Below, one piece after another: positions 47,852 through 57,780 of a stretch of DNA of 64,000 bases (the first letter of the stretch is position 1; the number at the start of each line of letters is the position of its first letter). The stretch comes from Candidatus Eiseniibacteriota bacterium. Its GTDB lineage: Bacteria; Eisenbacteria; RBG-16-71-46; CAIMUX01; VGJL01. The DNA lies in assembly GCA_963792585.1 (NCBI GenBank), contig CAWBWI010000001.1, forward strand, positions 576,001 to 640,000, written 5' to 3'. A program made the translations under genes and the position numbers. The notes under the pieces are model-generated. The model worked only from the letters and a program-made list of their open reading frames with translations. It was not told where the DNA came from and did not search any database.

Positions 47852-49666
47852 TTGGATAAGAGCATGACGGCCCGCAGAAAAGCGCAGCAACTGGCCAGGG
47901 ACGGGATGATCGATCGCGCCATCGAGGAGATGGAGCAGGTCCTTCTGACCGGGGAGGCCGATCCGTACGATTACGTCTTCCAGGGCGACCTCATGGTGCG
48001 CGGCGGACGGCCGGAAGAGGGCGTGACCGCCTATGACGAAGCCGTCTCGGCGTACGAACGGGTTGGGCTCTACCGAAACGCGATCGCGATCAGCAAGAAG
48101 ATCCTTCGCACGGCGCCGAGTCGGATACGCACGCACTGGCGCCTCGGCGACCTGTTCGCCAAGGAAGGTCTGACCGGGGACGCGGTCTTCCACTTTCTCA
48201 CCTTCCTCGACCGGGGGGGCGGCGAGGCCTCGGGCGAGGAATTCCTGGAGACGCTCGAACGGGTCGCTCAGCTTTCGGGCGCGAAGGTCGAGGTCACCCT
48301 GCGCCTGGCGGATCTCTACGCTCGGGGCGGCCACGATGATCGCGCCGCGCGTCTGCTCCACGAGGTTGCCGATCACGCCGCGGCCGAGGGGGGCTTCGAC
48401 ATCGCCCTCATGCTGCGCGAGCGCGCCGAGCAACTCAGCGCAGCCGATGCCGCCCGCAGGGAAACGAGTCCGCAGGTGGACTCCACACCCGCCGTCGAGA
48501 TTCCGAACGAGGCGGCCGATCCGTTCGCCTCCGCCTACCGTCTCGTCCCCGAGCCGACCGAGGCGCCGTCGGATGCCGCCCCGGCCGAGCCTCCGCCGTT
48601 CGTGTTCGAGCCGAACGCTCCGCTCGAGACGTCCGAATCGGGATCCGAGACCGATACGGAATCGATTACCGGAGTCGAGGAAGAGCCCGCGCAAGAGGCC
48701 TTCGAGATCGCCGAGGAACCCGCGGAGGCCGACCCGTTCGTGCCCCAGGCGATGCCGGAGTTCGTCCTGACGCCGATTCCGGACGATCCGGACGCGCCCG
48801 ATGATCCACGCGTCCCCGAGGTCCGGTCGGCTCTCACGTCGGGGGAGTGGGGAACGGTGCGCGCGCTCTGCGAGGAGATGCACGAATCGCATCCCGAGTC
48901 CCCGTGGCCTCTGGAGAAACTGATTGCCGCGGTCCATCAGCTTGGGGATACACTCGCGACGGTTCGCTACTTGACGCTGCTCGGCGACCTCCGGATCAAC
49001 CGTGAGGACCTGGAGGGCGCCCTTGGGTGTTTCCTCCGAGTCATCGAACTCGAGCCGCAGAATGCGACCGCGCGCCGCCGTCTCGCACGTTTCAGCGAGA
49101 TGGGGGTCCCCGGGGCCGAGCGGGTCCCGGAAGCTGTGCAAAACTCCGTGCAGGAGCTGATCGAAACCAAGGGCGCGACGGTCGCGGTTCGCGACCAAGG
49201 AGGCGTGGAGTCGGAGGAATGGATCGATCTGACCGCGCTCCTTCAGGAGTTCCGCGAGGGAGTGCAGGCGCAGTTCGGGCCGGAGGACGCGGTCGGCCAC
49301 TACGACCTCGGCGTGAGCCACCAGGAGATGGGGCTTTTCGAGGAGGCGATCGAGGAATTCGACACGGTCTTGGCCTCCTCGGCCGCCTCCGCGGAGGTTG
49401 TGGCGAAGACGCGCGAGCTGCGGGGTCTATGCCTCGAGCGGCTCGAACGGATGCGCGAGGCGATCTTCGAGTATCGCGCCGCGCTCGAAGTGCCCGGTCA
49501 GCCGGAGTCCTGCCTGATGCCCGTGCGCTATCGCCTCGCCTCGGCGTTGGAGGCGGTCGGGGACATCGACGAGGCGAGAGAGATCTTCCGGGAACTCGCC
49601 GGGGAAGGGGAGCCGTTCCTGGACTCGGTGGAGCGATCCGAGCGATTGGAGCATCGGGCGGCCTAG
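47852..49666 (+). CDS. Cytoplasmic multi-TPR protein (SgmX-like) with acidic Pro-rich linker
   Basis: N-terminal TPRs; C-terminal EFREGV..EDAVGHYDLGVSHQEMGLFEEAIEEF. Confidence 0.7.
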   Translation: MDKSMTARRKAQQLARDGMIDRAIEEMEQVLLTGEADPYDYVFQGDLMVRGGRPEEGVTAYDEAVSAYERVGLYRNAIAISKKILRTAPSRIRTHWRLGDLFAKEGLTGDAVFHFLTFLDRGGGEASGEEFLETLERVAQLSGAKVEVTLRLADLYARGGHDDRAARLLHEVADHAAAEGGFDIALMLRERAEQLSAADAARRETSPQVDSTPAVEIPNEAADPFASAYRLVPEPTEAPSDAAPAEPPPFVFEPNAPLETSESGSETDTESITGVEEEPAQEAFEIAEEPAEADPFVPQAMPEFVLTPIPDDPDAPDDPRVPEVRSALTSGEWGTVRALCEEMHESHPESPWPLEKLIAAVHQLGDTLATVRYLTLLGDLRINREDLEGALGCFLRVIELEPQNATARRRLARFSEMGVPGAERVPEAVQNSVQELIETKGATVAVRDQGGVESEEWIDLTALLQEFREGVQAQFGPEDAVGHYDLGVSHQEMGLFEEAIEEFDTVLASSAASAEVVAKTRELRGLCLERLERMREAIFEYRAALEVPGQPESCLMPVRYRLASALEAVGDIDEAREIFRELAGEGEPFLDSVERSERLEHRAA

Positions 49667-51567
49667 TCCTTCTGCTGCTCACGCAACTCTGCTTCCCTGG
49701 GGCGCGGGCCGAGTCACCGTCCGCGCCTCCGGACACCATCCGTGAGATCCCCCCTGCCGCGGTCCCAGCGGATTCGGTCCGCGCCGACTCTCTACGCATC
49801 CGGCCGGCGCGCGCGCCAATTCCGCAAGCCCCCCGATGGCCGTGCTTCGCAGTCGACTCTCTCGACGAGGGCTCGCTGCGCGAGACCACGGTCGCCGAAG
49901 GTCGTGATGCGCTCAGAACCGGACTGCGGCTCGGTTGGCTCGATCCGGGAAGTCCGAACCTGCCCGCGCCGATCCACGAAACGATTCCGGGCCGTGATTG
50001 CCCCGAGCTCCGCGTCGACGGCCTCCCCGTATCCCCGGTCCGGTGGGGAGAGACCTCGCTCGCGAGCTTCCCATTGCTCGCCATGTCTGAAGCGCGTTTC
50101 CGTCGGTACTCGCCGATCGACGGTCCTCTCTCCTCGACCGGAGGCGGGGTGATCGACGTGCGACTTGCGGCGTCCCCGCACGATCGCGCATTCAGCGCCG
50201 TGCGGCTGACGCGCGCGAACTACGGCACCTTCACCGAGGAGGCCGTCCTTCGGCGGCCTGTCGGCGCGGCCGATTTCGTCCTCTTCTACGGGGATTCGAA
50301 GTCGGTGGGACGCGAACTCTGGCGCACCCAGAACGGGGAGACGTTCGGCGCGCGGGTCACGCACGCGTTCGCCGGAGGCGCCACGGAGTGGATCTACGAC
50401 AACGCGCGGGACCGCTACCGCCTGCTTGCCACGAAGAAGGGGATCTGGGACCGGAGGGCGGTAGGCCTTCGATGGTTCCGCCCGGATTCGACGCGCGAGG
50501 CGATCGAGACGTCGATCCGCTGGACATCGATGGATGCGGGGTGGTGGACCTTGCTCGGACTGACGCAGCGCGAAACGCGTGCGATCGACTTCCGGGGCCG
50601 CGTGGATCGGCGGCGCGGGGCCGATCGTCTCGGGATCGCCGTCGAAGGCGAGATTGCGGCCACGCGGTATGCGCGGCCCGGACAGGAACGGGAATTGCTC
50701 AGCGGAGCGGACGGGTTCTCTCTGGGCGCTGCCACCGGCTGGTCGCGGGAGGTCGGTAGGGTCACCACGCGGGCCTCTGTGGGCGCCGTGCGGGTCGCGC
50801 CCCTAGGAGTGACCGGCGTCTTCGCCCTGGAGCACGAGAGGTCTGTCGGGCGCGGCCGGTCGATTCTGGTCCATGCGAATCGAGCCGTCCGGAATCGGAC
50901 GATTCCGCGCCTGCCTGCCGACGGGGAAGCGTGGGTGCGCCAAGGACTCGATCTCGCCGACGAGCGTGAAGGGGAACAACCCGAAGCGGTCTGGAAGGCA
51001 GGCATCGATGCGCGCGCTCCCGCGGGACCGATCACGCTCGAGGCCGGCATGGAGGCGATGGCGATCACGCGCGGATTGGATGCCGGTTTGGTCGAACTCC
51101 TCGGGACCGATCAGCAGGAGACGATCCGTCCGCAGGATCTGCGACGCACCTGTCTGTTCGGGACGCCGTGGGGTCGAATCGATTGGCGATTGCCGGCCGG
51201 CTTGCGCGCGATCGGGGCCGGGTCCCTCCACGTGGCGACGGACGGCGTGGCAAGCCATCTCGGGCTGCCTTCGAGCGAGGGACGGGCGGAGATCGGCTGG
51301 GGAGGGCGGTTCTTCAAAGGGGATCTGTGGGTCGATCTCGCGTTGACCTTCGGCGCACGGACACCCGTGGAGACTCCCTACGGCCGACTCCCGGCGCAGG
51401 GGATCGTGGATGGTCACGCCCAGGCGCGCGTGGGCGACCTGGACATCTTCTTCGTGCTCGGGAACCTGACCGATGCCGTCGCGACCTCGATGAGTCACGA
51501 CGGAACCTGGATGCCTCTGCCGCTCCGCAACTACCGCGCGGGGCTTCGCTGGGCCTTCTTCAACTGA
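49646..51567 (+). CDS. Outer membrane beta-barrel with degenerate TonB-type plug (start uncertain)
   Basis: Signal-like LVLLLLTQLCFPGARA; LRVDG and GGVIDV plug-like motifs; GNLTD; C-terminal GLRWAFFN. Confidence 0.6.
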
Positions 51568-51597
51568 TGCCGGGCGCCTCCCGGCACGGGAGGTCGC

Positions 51598-52053
51598 ATG
51601 GTCTTCACCCCCGACGAACGCCGCGCCCTTCTGGCAGTGACCGGTCTGCTCTGCCTTGGACTCGGAATCCGGATCATCGCGCCCGGCCCAGTGCCTCCAG
51701 AGGGCGGTGGCGATTCCTTGCTCGTGGTCATCGCGGCCGAAGCCGATAAGAGGCCGGAAGGCCCTCCGCCGGAGGGGCTTGTCGAAGAGGGGAGAATCCG
51801 AGTCAATGAGGCGGAACTCGCGTCCCTGGAAGCCCTTCCGGGGATCGGACCCGCCATGGCGCAACGCATCATCGAGGAAAGACGACTCCATGGACCATTC
51901 CACTCGCTCCGGGATCTGGAGCGGGTTCGAGGGATCGGACCAAAGACCGCGCAACGACTGGCGCCGCACCTCTCCTTCGTGCCCGCCGCCGCGGAATGCA
52001 CGGCAATTCCGCAGGCTGCAACGGCCGATTCAAGCGGCCCTAGAGGGCTTTGA
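51598..52053 (+). CDS. comEA: ComEA-like helix-hairpin-helix DNA-binding membrane protein
   Basis: N-terminal TM; VNEAELASLEALPGIGPAMAQRII..GPF..DLERVRGIGPKT. Confidence 0.8.
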   Translation: MVFTPDERRALLAVTGLLCLGLGIRIIAPGPVPPEGGGDSLLVVIAAEADKRPEGPPPEGLVEEGRIRVNEAELASLEALPGIGPAMAQRIIEERRLHGPFHSLRDLERVRGIGPKTAQRLAPHLSFVPAAAECTAIPQAATADSSGPRGL

Positions 52054-52196
52054 GGTGATCCACCCGCGCTACAGGCGGTTAGGAGCTTGTTGAAAGGCGC
52101 GGGGGTGGCACGGCTCTGGTACCTGCCTTGCGGTGAGGACCGCGCCGCCGCTTGGGCGGGGCGGCGCTGCGCAGGCGCGCACCCGGAGGCCAGGGC

Positions 52197-53888
52197 TTGA
52201 AGCCAGAAGTCATCCGCAGGCTCATGGATGTGCACCACGTCCGGGAGGAGGACTTCCGGCGTGCGCTCGAGATCGAGCGGGCGGAAGGCACGTCCATCAG
52301 TGCGGCCCTCATCAAGTTGGGCGCCCTCACGGAAGATGAACTCCTACGATTCCTTGGCGACCAGTATGGCACCCAAGGAGTCAATCTCGACGAGGTCGAT
52401 GTGGACCCGGGCGTCGTTCGGATGATCCCGGCCGAGGTCGCGAACAAATTCCAGGTCCTGCCGATCGCGCGCGTCGGGCGGCAACTGACCGTGGCGATGG
52501 CGAATCCCGCCAACTTCTTCGCGATCGATGACATCAAATTCATCACGGGTCACGAAGTCCACGTGCTCGTCGCGACAGAGAGCCAGCTCAAGCGGGCGAT
52601 CGACAAGTACTACGAGACGGTCGGCACGATGGACGACATCATGCGGTCCGTCGAGGAGGACGTGGAGGTCGTCGAGGCGATCGACGACGAGACTCTCGAG
52701 TCGGGCGCGACGGGTGCCGACCAGGCGCCGGTCGTCAAGTTCGTCAACGGGTTGATCTCGGAGGCCGTAAAGCGGGGCGCGAGCGACATTCACATCGAGC
52801 CGTACGAGAAGAAGCTGCGCGTCCGGTTCCGCATCGACGGGACGCTGTACGAGATGATGTCACCGCCGCACAAGCTGCGGGCCGCCATCACGTCCCGGCT
52901 GAAGATCATGGCCGAGCTGGACATCGCCGAGCGGCGCGTTCCACAGGACGGCCGTATCCGCGTTCGGATGAGCGGCAGGCAGATCGACCTGCGCGTCTCG
53001 TGCCTGCCCTGCATCCATGGCGAGAAGATCGTCTTGCGTATCCTCGACAAAGGGAACCTCGCCCTTGACCTGACGAAACTCGGATTCGAGCCCCATGCTC
53101 TCGAGACGTTCCTGCGCGCGATCGCGTTGCCCTACGGGATGATCCTGGTGACGGGACCGACCGGATCGGGGAAGACGACCACCCTCTACTCGGCGTTGAT
53201 GAGGGTCAACACGACCGACGTCAACATCATGACCGCCGAGGATCCGGTCGAGTACAACCTCGAGGGGATCAACCAGGTCAACATCAACGAGCAGGTCCAC
53301 CTTACCTTCGCGGAAGCCCTTCGCAGCTTTCTCCGCCAGGACCCGAACATCATCATGGTCGGTGAAATGCGCGATGCGGAGACCGCCTCGATCGCGATCA
53401 AGGCTGCCCTGACCGGCCACCTCGTATTCTCGACGCTTCACACGAACGATGCCGCTTCTACGCTGATCCGGCTGGTCGACATGGGAATGGAGCCCTTTCT
53501 CGTGGCCTCCTCGACCAACCTGATCATGGCCCAGCGCCTCATCCGACGGGTCTGTCCGAAGTGCAAGGAATCGGTGACTCTCGCCCCGGAGGCGCTGCGG
53601 GAGTTGCAGCTCGATCCGGACGTCGCCGCGAACGCTACCTTCATCCGGGGGCGGGGCTGCTACGACTGCAACAACACGGGCTATCGAGGGCGGCAGGGCC
53701 TCTACGAGGTGATGGCCGTCTCCCCGACGATTCGGGACATGATCCTCAACCGTGTCTCCGCTCGCGAGATCAAGGCGCAAGCCATGCGCGAGGGGATGCT
53801 CTCCCTGCGGAAGGATGGGCTCGAGAAGCTCAAGCGCGGCATGACCAGTCCGGAAGAAGTCCTCAAGGAGACCGCGCCGGACGAATAG
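52197..53888 (+). CDS. pilB: Type IVa pilus assembly ATPase
   Basis: ASDIHIEP; LDIAERRVPQDG; GPTGSGKTTT; LRQDPN; CxxC..CxxC GYRGR; N-terminal domain present. Confidence 0.95.
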   Translation: MKPEVIRRLMDVHHVREEDFRRALEIERAEGTSISAALIKLGALTEDELLRFLGDQYGTQGVNLDEVDVDPGVVRMIPAEVANKFQVLPIARVGRQLTVAMANPANFFAIDDIKFITGHEVHVLVATESQLKRAIDKYYETVGTMDDIMRSVEEDVEVVEAIDDETLESGATGADQAPVVKFVNGLISEAVKRGASDIHIEPYEKKLRVRFRIDGTLYEMMSPPHKLRAAITSRLKIMAELDIAERRVPQDGRIRVRMSGRQIDLRVSCLPCIHGEKIVLRILDKGNLALDLTKLGFEPHALETFLRAIALPYGMILVTGPTGSGKTTTLYSALMRVNTTDVNIMTAEDPVEYNLEGINQVNINEQVHLTFAEALRSFLRQDPNIIMVGEMRDAETASIAIKAALTGHLVFSTLHTNDAASTLIRLVDMGMEPFLVASSTNLIMAQRLIRRVCPKCKESVTLAPEALRELQLDPDVAANATFIRGRGCYDCNNTGYRGRQGLYEVMAVSPTIRDMILNRVSAREIKAQAMREGMLSLRKDGLEKLKRGMTSPEEVLKETAPDE

Positions 53889-53937
53889 GGATGGGCCGCA
53901 GCTTCCCCTCGCGCGCCCCGACTGTCAGCCGCGCTCG

Positions 53938-54438
53938 CTAGAGACTGTCGCCGTTGACCGGGTACGGCAGCCCCATCGCATCCTGCCGGGCGATGGCGAA
54001 GCCGAGCGAACCCGGCGCGTTTCGTTCCTCCGCTTTCGGAGAGATCGCGGTGGGCGTGGTCGGCTTCTCCACTTGAGTGGGGGAGTGGCTCCGGCCGATC
54101 CAGAATCCCGCCGCGGCCGTCCCGAGCGCCAAGAGGACCGCGGCGTAGGCGGGGAACGAGAAGCGCAGGCGCCCGAAGAAGCCGATCGCTGCGCGGGGAG
54201 ACTCCGAGACCGCTTGCCGGTTGCGCCGCACCTCGGGCAAGAGGCTCGCGAGAAGGCCCGGACCGGCGGTCCCGTTTTCGATTGGGCCGGCGGCGCCGAG
54301 CAGGTGCCGGAGTTCCCGGTCCTCCGTCTTACACGAGGAGCACTCGACCAGGTGTTGTTCCAGGAGGATGGCGCGCTCCTCGTCCAGCTCGTCGGCGAGT
54401 CGGTCGATGATCATCGGTGACCAGCGGCATTCGATCAT
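53938..54438 (-). CDS. Zinc-binding (zf-HC2/ZAS) transmembrane anti-sigma factor
   Basis: HLVECSSC (HxxxCxxC); single TM; ATGA overlap with the ECF sigma gene. Confidence 0.85.
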   Translation of the reverse strand: MIECRWSPMIIDRLADELDEERAILLEQHLVECSSCKTEDRELRHLLGAAGPIENGTAGPGLLASLLPEVRRNRQAVSESPRAAIGFFGRLRFSFPAYAAVLLALGTAAAGFWIGRSHSPTQVEKPTTPTAISPKAEERNAPGSLGFAIARQDAMGLPYPVNGDSL

Positions 54439-55055
54439 GGCGTACCTCCGTCGCGGATGCCTGGTGGCCCGGCGAAGGAGCACGGCTCCTCCCGCCAGGC
54501 CTGCAATGCTTCTCTGAGTTTCAGGACGGCGTGATGGAATCGCGACTTCGCGGTTCCCGCGGGACATCCAAGAACTTCCCCGACCTGTTCATATGTCAGG
54601 CCCCGGTCCATCTTCAGCAAGAAGACCAGCCTCTGGTTCTCCGGCAGCCGGCCGATCGCGGCGTCGGCCTCGCTCCGAAACGCGCGGCGCTCCCGTTGCG
54701 CTTCCGGGTCGCCCCATGCGGGCGCGACGTAGCCGTCCATGTCGGCCACGGCGCGGGGCGCGCGGCGCTCCCTTCGCCAGTGGCTGTAGGCGAGGTTCGC
54801 GCAGATGCGATAGATCCACGCCCCCGCGTCGCCACGGCGATCGAACCTCGGCGCTGCCCGGATGATTCGCAGGAAAGCCTCCTGGAGCAGTTCCTCACCC
54901 ACTTCCGGTGAGCCGGAGGCGCGGATGAGAAACGGGGCCAAGCGCGGGTACCAGCGGTGGAATAGACGACCGAACGCATCCTCGTCCCCGAAGCCGATCG
55001 CGAAGATCAACTCCCGGTCGCTCGTTTCCTCCGCCGGCAAAGATGGACCCTTCAC
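54435..55055 (-). CDS. ECF sigma factor
   Basis: EELLQEAFLR; WIYRICAN; LPENQRLVF..TYEQVGEVLGCPAGTAKSR. Confidence 0.93.
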   Translation of the reverse strand: MKGPSLPAEETSDRELIFAIGFGDEDAFGRLFHRWYPRLAPFLIRASGSPEVGEELLQEAFLRIIRAAPRFDRRGDAGAWIYRICANLAYSHWRRERRAPRAVADMDGYVAPAWGDPEAQRERRAFRSEADAAIGRLPENQRLVFLLKMDRGLTYEQVGEVLGCPAGTAKSRFHHAVLKLREALQAWREEPCSFAGPPGIRDGGTP

Positions 55056-55109
55056 CTGTGCGTTTCTCCTCGGACCAAGCGTACTCCCTCCCGAAGGCCT
55101 CCAAACCAG

Positions 55110-55174
55110 GAACGCTCGAGAGCCGTGGATGGTTCACCGCGTATGTCCTGAACGATTCATGGCCCCGCGCGTTT
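55110..55174. promoter_or_regulatory. Back-to-back ECF-type promoters
   Basis: Minus strand TGAAC-N17-CGTTC (55136 to 55110); plus strand TGAAC-N16-CGTTT (55149-55174). Confidence 0.6.
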
Positions 55175-55210
55175 GTAGCGGCGGGGAGAATTCTCTCCAA
55201 GGAGGTCGGA

Positions 55211-56464
55211 ATGAAGGTGGCGGTCGTAGGGCTCTGGTTTTGCGGGCTCCTCCTCTCGGCGACGAGCATCCACGCCGTCGCGGCAGGCGAGAGGCCCGAT
55301 GAGATCCTCTCCTGGCGTCATCAAGTACTGGACAGGGAACGTTACACGCAGCTCGCCTCCGGATGGGAACGATACGCGACGGCGCATCCCAGCGATGCGC
55401 GGGCCTATGTCTACTGGGGGCACGCCCTGCGCTACAGCGGCGATTGGAAGAAGGGGCAGGAGAAGTACGCCGAGGCCTTCGCCATCGATTCCACGGACGC
55501 CGCAGCCGTCACCAACTACGCCACAGGTCGTGCGGTTGACGAGAGAAACGCCCGGTGGCGTCTCGACTACGCCCGCCTTCAACGGGCGGCGCGGGACCAT
55601 CCCGACTACCCGGACGTCTACTACGGCCTCTGGAATTCCTCCCTGCGCGCCGGGGATGAGGAACTGGCGGCGAGCTGCCTGAGAACGGTCGTACGGCTCG
55701 GGGACATGACCCGTCCGATTCTGGAGTACGGGGCCAACATGGTGGAGGGAGCTCCCAACGGGGCGATCATCTTGACCAGCGGCGACAACGACACCTATCC
55801 GCCCCTGGCCTATCAGACGCTCACCGGCCGGCGCCCCGACGTCTCGATCGTCAACCTGTCCCTGCTGAACGTTCCCTGGTACGTCCTCTACTGGAAAGGG
55901 CGCGGCCTGCCCGTGCCCCTCGACGATGCCGCGATCCGCTCGCTCACGTCTAAGGGGAAGGGGGGGCCGTTGGCGGGGCAGGTCGTCCAAGCCTTGTGGC
56001 AGAACCTGGCGCGGACTCCGGATGCGCGACCACTCTTCTACTCGGTCACCGTGAACGAGGAGGGGCGCGCGATCAATGGGCGCAGGATCCTCGAGGGAAT
56101 TCTCGAACGCGTTCGGCCCGGGGAGGGCCCGGAACCGACGAGTGAAGTCGACTGGGAGCGAACCCGGCTGCTGTTCGACACGATCTATCGGATCGACGCG
56201 GCCACGGATCCAATGATCGACTGGAAGCGGGAGTCGTCCGTGGGCATGGTGATGCTCAACTATGCGACCGTGCTCTCGGATCTGGGGCTGCACTTGATTC
56301 AAGGACAGAGCACCGATGCGGGGGAAGTCTACCTGTTCACGGCGGTGAAGCTTCTCGGGAAGCACGGGAGGGTCGAACACGCTCGGGGGATCGTGGACAA
56401 GTGGGAGCAGGCCCTTCCGAGCGGCCGCCTGCTGCCGGAGGCACGGCGCCTGCTGGGTTCCTAG
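55211..56464 (+). CDS. Secreted TPR protein with the soluble domain of the DUF2723/TMEM260 family
   Basis: AAGGAGG SD; signal peptide; TPR-like helices; IILTSGDNDTYP..RPDVSIVNLSLLNVPWY. Confidence 0.65.
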   Translation: MKVAVVGLWFCGLLLSATSIHAVAAGERPDEILSWRHQVLDRERYTQLASGWERYATAHPSDARAYVYWGHALRYSGDWKKGQEKYAEAFAIDSTDAAAVTNYATGRAVDERNARWRLDYARLQRAARDHPDYPDVYYGLWNSSLRAGDEELAASCLRTVVRLGDMTRPILEYGANMVEGAPNGAIILTSGDNDTYPPLAYQTLTGRRPDVSIVNLSLLNVPWYVLYWKGRGLPVPLDDAAIRSLTSKGKGGPLAGQVVQALWQNLARTPDARPLFYSVTVNEEGRAINGRRILEGILERVRPGEGPEPTSEVDWERTRLLFDTIYRIDAATDPMIDWKRESSVGMVMLNYATVLSDLGLHLIQGQSTDAGEVYLFTAVKLLGKHGRVEHARGIVDKWEQALPSGRLLPEARRLLGS

Positions 56465-56536
56465 GTCCCCCGACCCCCTATCGTGCCCGAGACTCCTCGG
56501 CTAGGATACCGATGGAGCGGAAGGGAGGAGGGGACG

Positions 56537-57655
56537 ATGCGGGTGCGGATGCTGGACACCAAGCGGCAGTTCGAGTCGTTGCGCGGGCCGATCCTGGAAG
56601 CAGTGGAACGGGTGCTGGCATCCGGCGGTTGGATCGGCGGGCCGGAAGTCAAGGCTCTCGAGGAGGAACTCGCCCCGCGCCTGGGAGTCCGGCACGCCAT
56701 CGCCGTCGCCTCCGGGACAGATGCGCTCCTGCTCTCCCTCAAAGCTCTCGGTGTGGGGCCGGGAGTCGATGTGGTCCTGCCGACCTTCACGTTCTTCGCG
56801 ACGGCCGGCGCGGTTGTCAACGCCGGGGGACGCCCCGTCTTCGCCGACATCGAGCCAGAGGGAATGAACCTGGATCCGACGTCGTTCGCCCGCGTGCGGA
56901 CGCCGCAAACGCGCGTCGTTCTCCCGGTGGATCTCTTCGGGCAGTGCGCCGACTACGCCGCGATCCGGGCAATCGCGCGTCCCCATACGATCGCGATTCT
57001 CGAAGACGCCGCCCAGGCGATCGGCGCGACCTACGCGGGGTCCCCGGCCGGCGCCCTCGGCGATCTCGCCGCCTTCAGCTTCTATCCCACGAAGAACCTC
57101 GGGGCGTGCGGGGACGCGGGTCTCGTGACCACCGATGATGGCGCCCTCGCCGCGTCCGTACGTCGCCTTGCCGCGCACGGAAGCGATGGCGGGTACATCC
57201 ATCATGTCGTCGGAACGAACAGCCGCCTCGATCCGATCCAGGCCGCGATCCTGCGGGTCAAGCTCACGCGCCTCGACGCATGGCAGGATGCGCGGGGCCG
57301 CAACGCGGCCATCTATTCCGAGCGCTTCGCTGGCCATCCGGCCCTGCTCGCGCCCCCGACCCTGCCGGGCCGCCATCCCGTCTACCACCAGTATGTGATC
57401 CGTGTCCGCAAGGGATCCCGGGACGCGCTGCGGCAGCATCTTGCGGACGCCGGGATCGACACGGGGATCTACTACCCGCTTCCCCTCCACCTCCAGGAGT
57501 GCTTTGCGGGCCTCGGCGGCAAGCCGGGCGATCTGCCGGTCTCTGAAGAGGCTGCGCGGACCTGCGTTGCATTGCCGATTCACCCGGACCTGACGCCGGA
57601 GGAGGTCGAAGCCGTGGCCTCCCAGGTGCTTGGCTGGGCGGACGCGCAGGGGTAG
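56537..57655 (+). CDS. DegT/DnrJ/EryC1/StrS PLP-dependent sugar aminotransferase
   Basis: SGTDAL; EDAAQAIG; SFYPTKNLGACGDAG; NSRLD. Confidence 0.95.
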   Translation: MRVRMLDTKRQFESLRGPILEAVERVLASGGWIGGPEVKALEEELAPRLGVRHAIAVASGTDALLLSLKALGVGPGVDVVLPTFTFFATAGAVVNAGGRPVFADIEPEGMNLDPTSFARVRTPQTRVVLPVDLFGQCADYAAIRAIARPHTIAILEDAAQAIGATYAGSPAGALGDLAAFSFYPTKNLGACGDAGLVTTDDGALAASVRRLAAHGSDGGYIHHVVGTNSRLDPIQAAILRVKLTRLDAWQDARGRNAAIYSERFAGHPALLAPPTLPGRHPVYHQYVIRVRKGSRDALRQHLADAGIDTGIYYPLPLHLQECFAGLGGKPGDLPVSEEAARTCVALPIHPDLTPEEVEAVASQVLGWADAQG

Positions 57656-57780
57656 CCACCCAGGACATCCCCCCCCGGGATCGCGCCTCAAGGTCGGACC
57701 CCGACCGGTCGAAAACCGGTATGGAGTCGTCCGTTGCGGCCGATTCAAACCGGGCCACATTGGGGCCCCGGGGGTTTTCC

